A stretch of DNA of 63,009 bases, counting the filler, from Globobulimina sp. (lineage: Eukaryota), in NCBI GenBank assembly GCA_003354225.1. It is 20 parts of 20 records of this genome, joined end to end, with 100 filler letters (N's around TTAATTAATTAA, not from the genome) between each part and the next. Parts side by side here need not be neighbours in the genome. Positions count along the whole stretch, not along the records: positions 59,957 to 63,009 come from PIVH01003868.1; 19 more parts are not named here. One strand, written 5' to 3'. Shown here piece by piece: positions 59,957 to 63,009 of the stretch (the stretch's first letter is position 1; each line of letters starts with the position of its first letter). Under the pieces are notes generated by a model. That model made no database searches, was not told the DNA's origin, and saw only the letters and a list, made by a program, of their open reading frames with translations. A program made the position numbers and the translations under genes.

Positions 59957-62900
59957 TATTAGAAATTGACCCGGCAACCATCGCGTTTATTGGTTTAAGT
60001 AATTGGTCATTGGATGCAGCCAAAATGAACCGAGCTGTGATGCATTTGTGCCCAGTGCATAAAGTGTATGATTTACGGCAAACTGCGAAAGCAATGGCAC
60101 AGCAGTTCACATCGTCGAATAATGATATTGATAAAATACAGAGTAAGTTAGCTTTGTTGAGTGATGTGTATGACGATGTTATGAATTATAAAAATTTATT
60201 ACAACCACGATATGACTTTTTTGGAGCCAGAGACTTTTATTCTGTGGTTCGACATTTTTTGTCTTCATTGACTGATACAGATAATAAAATGGATCAAAAC
60301 GAGCAGTTAATTATGTATTTTTTGCGGAACTTTGGAGGTATTAATTTTGGTCGAATTGATGGTTCGTTCAATAAATATAATGTCAATAAAAAGGGCACTT
60401 CTTTGAATCACTTAATTAAAAAACATTTGGGTATTTTGGATGAGGTTATTATCAGCAAAATTATTGAGAAATATTCCCCGTCGAAATTGGTCGAATTAAA
60501 TTTAAATGATACGCGATCAACGCACAATGTCGATAATACTACAAATAATGTGCAATGTGATAACTTTTTAATTTCTAGACATATAATGGTAGTGACAGAG
60601 TATGCTAACTCATGGAATGTTTTATTGGACCTAAAAATCGTTGATTTTGATAATATATTTATTTTCGGCTCTGAATTTGAACGCGATTTGGCTGGATCAA
60701 CAGTGAATATTTATTCATATTTAAATCGGATTAAAAATTGTATGTTTTATGTATGTTTTATAACGTATTTATTCATATTTACTTTTTTTTTATATTTACA
60801 ATCATCAAAGGTATGGAAACAGGCCAAACGCTGATACTATGCAACTTGGAGGAAATTCATGAAAGTTTTGTAAATTGTCTTTTTTGTCATTGCAACACAA
60901 ACACACACCCACAAAAAAAAAGGTTTGTATGATATGCTGAATCAAAGGTATACTTTTCGTAAAACCGATGGCAAAATGTACTGCAGAATAGCACTTGGCT
61001 CGAATTCACAAACATGTTTTGTCGATCCTGCATTCAAATGCATTGTCATTTCATCCAAAAAAGATGCGCACAGAGAATCTGGTGTTCCCATAGCCTTTTT
61101 AAATCGGTATACTTTTTGTTGTTTTTTTCTGGAGATATAAATGTCTGTACTTTTATATAAATATAGGTTTGAAAAGCAATTGATTTCATATTATTCCTCG
61201 TTGAATGATTCATTGAATTTGAAATTATTGAATTCATTACAAGGACTAGTATGTGATATTTATTATTTAGCCAATCGTAACGAATTTAAGTTGGTGTTTC
61301 CCGGATTTTGCAGGGATACATTGCCGTCCATTGTGCTCAATGTGTATAAAAACCATCGTGATGGCATTTTGAATGATGATATATTTTCAAACAAAACAGG
61401 TTCGCATGACTTATTAACCATGTCTTCAGAGGATTTTTTAGCAGAGGAAAAGAAGTATAATGAAGCGGTTTTGTCAGAGATAGATATAAATAATATTATA
61501 AATGAATGTTGTGTTAATTTGTTAGATGTGACGTTGCCAGAGGCGCTCATTCAAAGTACCATCAATTCGAAAAAAGCACCGATTAAATATCTACCGACAT
61601 TGCAACAAATTATGGACAATAATATCAATGATGAAAATAATATGAGTGACAATAAATTATTAATGATTTTAACATTTGATTTTGAGAGCAAATTGGATAA
61701 AACATCTCCATTTTTGGCCAATACAATCATTAAAAGATTAAATGAATTTGCTAAAAGTGATGAATTTGAAACGTATATTTACAGATTTTTGAGGCGTAAA
61801 AATAAAAATAAAAATAAAAATAATATATTGTTATTGCAGTACAGACACAGAGAAAATGGTATAAATCATTTGATTCATATTAAACATACAATAATTTCAG
61901 CTATCCGGAAATCAAAAAAAGCAAAAAATAAGAAAATTATATTAATGGTACATTTATATCGTGATCCAAATCTATACAATGAATTTCCATTAATATTCAG
62001 CGAATCATTAAAATTAATTTTCTTGGATTCATTGACGCAAACAAAGCCAATCGAATTAAAGGAATTTTCGCATCAAACTATCAAATCGATTTGTAATTTA
62101 CGAGGCATTGATTTGTTGAAAAATACATTCCAGCGCTCATTATCACATTTAACATTCACGAAAAATATTGATGTTGAAGTTGAAATTGAACGCTTAACCA
62201 AAATATTTGATGCTACAAACAAAGAGGATATATATTATAAAATGCAAGAAATTATATTTCAACGATTTTTAAAGTTGTTATCTGACGATAAAATAAATCG
62301 AAAAATAGCAGAGGTTGTATGCGATTCTATTAATTCAGACTCAAATATTGCGGATACAACAAAGAAACCAGACAAAGAGCAAAAAGAATCAATAAATGAG
62401 AACAGAGGCTCTTTGTATGAGAGATTGGATGATATTGTTGACAAAATTGGTGTTGTAGTTAAGTATTTGTTGAGTTATATGTAATGTATATTAACAAACC
62501 AAAACAAAAAATATGTCAGGCAATGATACATGTTTTACAACCACTGTTCGAAAATAATAATATTGATACAATGTTGGATAAAAATGGATATTTTCTGGAG
62601 TTATATAAATGTTATAATTTGATTGAAGAAGTGGCAATAAATCAGAGCATTGAGGAGATTGTTGAGCGAAGACCCAATTCGTTGCATATTAAACATGAAT
62701 ATGATGCTCGATTTCCTTTTAGCAAATCAATAAATGAATGGTGTTGTTCACATAAATCAAAAGTGAATATATCGGATAAAAAAGAAATGGATGATTTGGA
62801 TGACATTGAGGAAGGCAAAGACGATGAAAAAGAGCCAGTCAATAACACTATTTTAGAATATGATTTTTTAAATATTGATAAATTCAAACATGACAACACT

Positions 62901-63009
62901 AAGAATGTAGCAACGTATCTAAGCACAGAGATGGAGACAACATTACCACTGTCACTGATAACCCTGACTATGAATGGATTATTATTATATTCGCATGATA
63001 TGACATTAA
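59957..63009 (+). CDS. RNF213/mysterin-like AAA+ ATPase, internal multi-exon fragment
   Basis: AFIGLSNWSLDAAKMNRA, FFGARDFYS, LRNFGG, IFGSEF, RIKNC|METGQTLILCNL, YDMLNQRY, CRIALG, PIAFLNR|FEKQ; several short introns. Confidence 0.9.

Overview
This window is not one locus. It is 20 unrelated contigs of 3053-3058 bp, sorted by decreasing length and joined by artificial 100-nt linkers (44 N + TTAATTAATTAA + 44 N), so adjacency only means something inside a contig. Most contigs come from an AT-rich, gene-dense microbial eukaryote with the standard genetic code and short (53-109 nt) GT-AG introns. The gene families (7TM-RGS, TLDc and SPRY proteins with a shared N-terminal motif, RNF213-like AAA, HCF101 with a mitochondrial-type presequence) suggest Rhizaria, probably Foraminifera; this is inference from recalled family patterns, not a search result. 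Recognisable genes: HCF101, HPD, a very divergent homogentisate dioxygenase, cytochrome P450, SDR, AKR, PepN, thioredoxin, eIF2A, gamma-COP, syntaxin, C2H2 zinc fingers, BCAS3-like, ITIH-like vWA, TOGARAM-like, SET, SAM, RCC1, MFS and RNF213-like. Two contigs carry bacterial fragments (TetR, GAF) at abrupt junctions and look chimeric. Best candidates for new biology: (1) an HPD + atypical HGD tyrosine-catabolism gene pair; (2) a DUF1917/Bles03 + TDP2-like EEP fusion; (3) a mitochondrial-carrier-like + RING fusion; (4) an AlkB-like oxygenase lacking the canonical 2OG Arg, between diverged direct repeats; (5) a compact intron-free SET/SAM/ORFan cassette; (6) an intron-containing surface protein built from bacterial-type domains. 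All family assignments are from motif recognition by eye.
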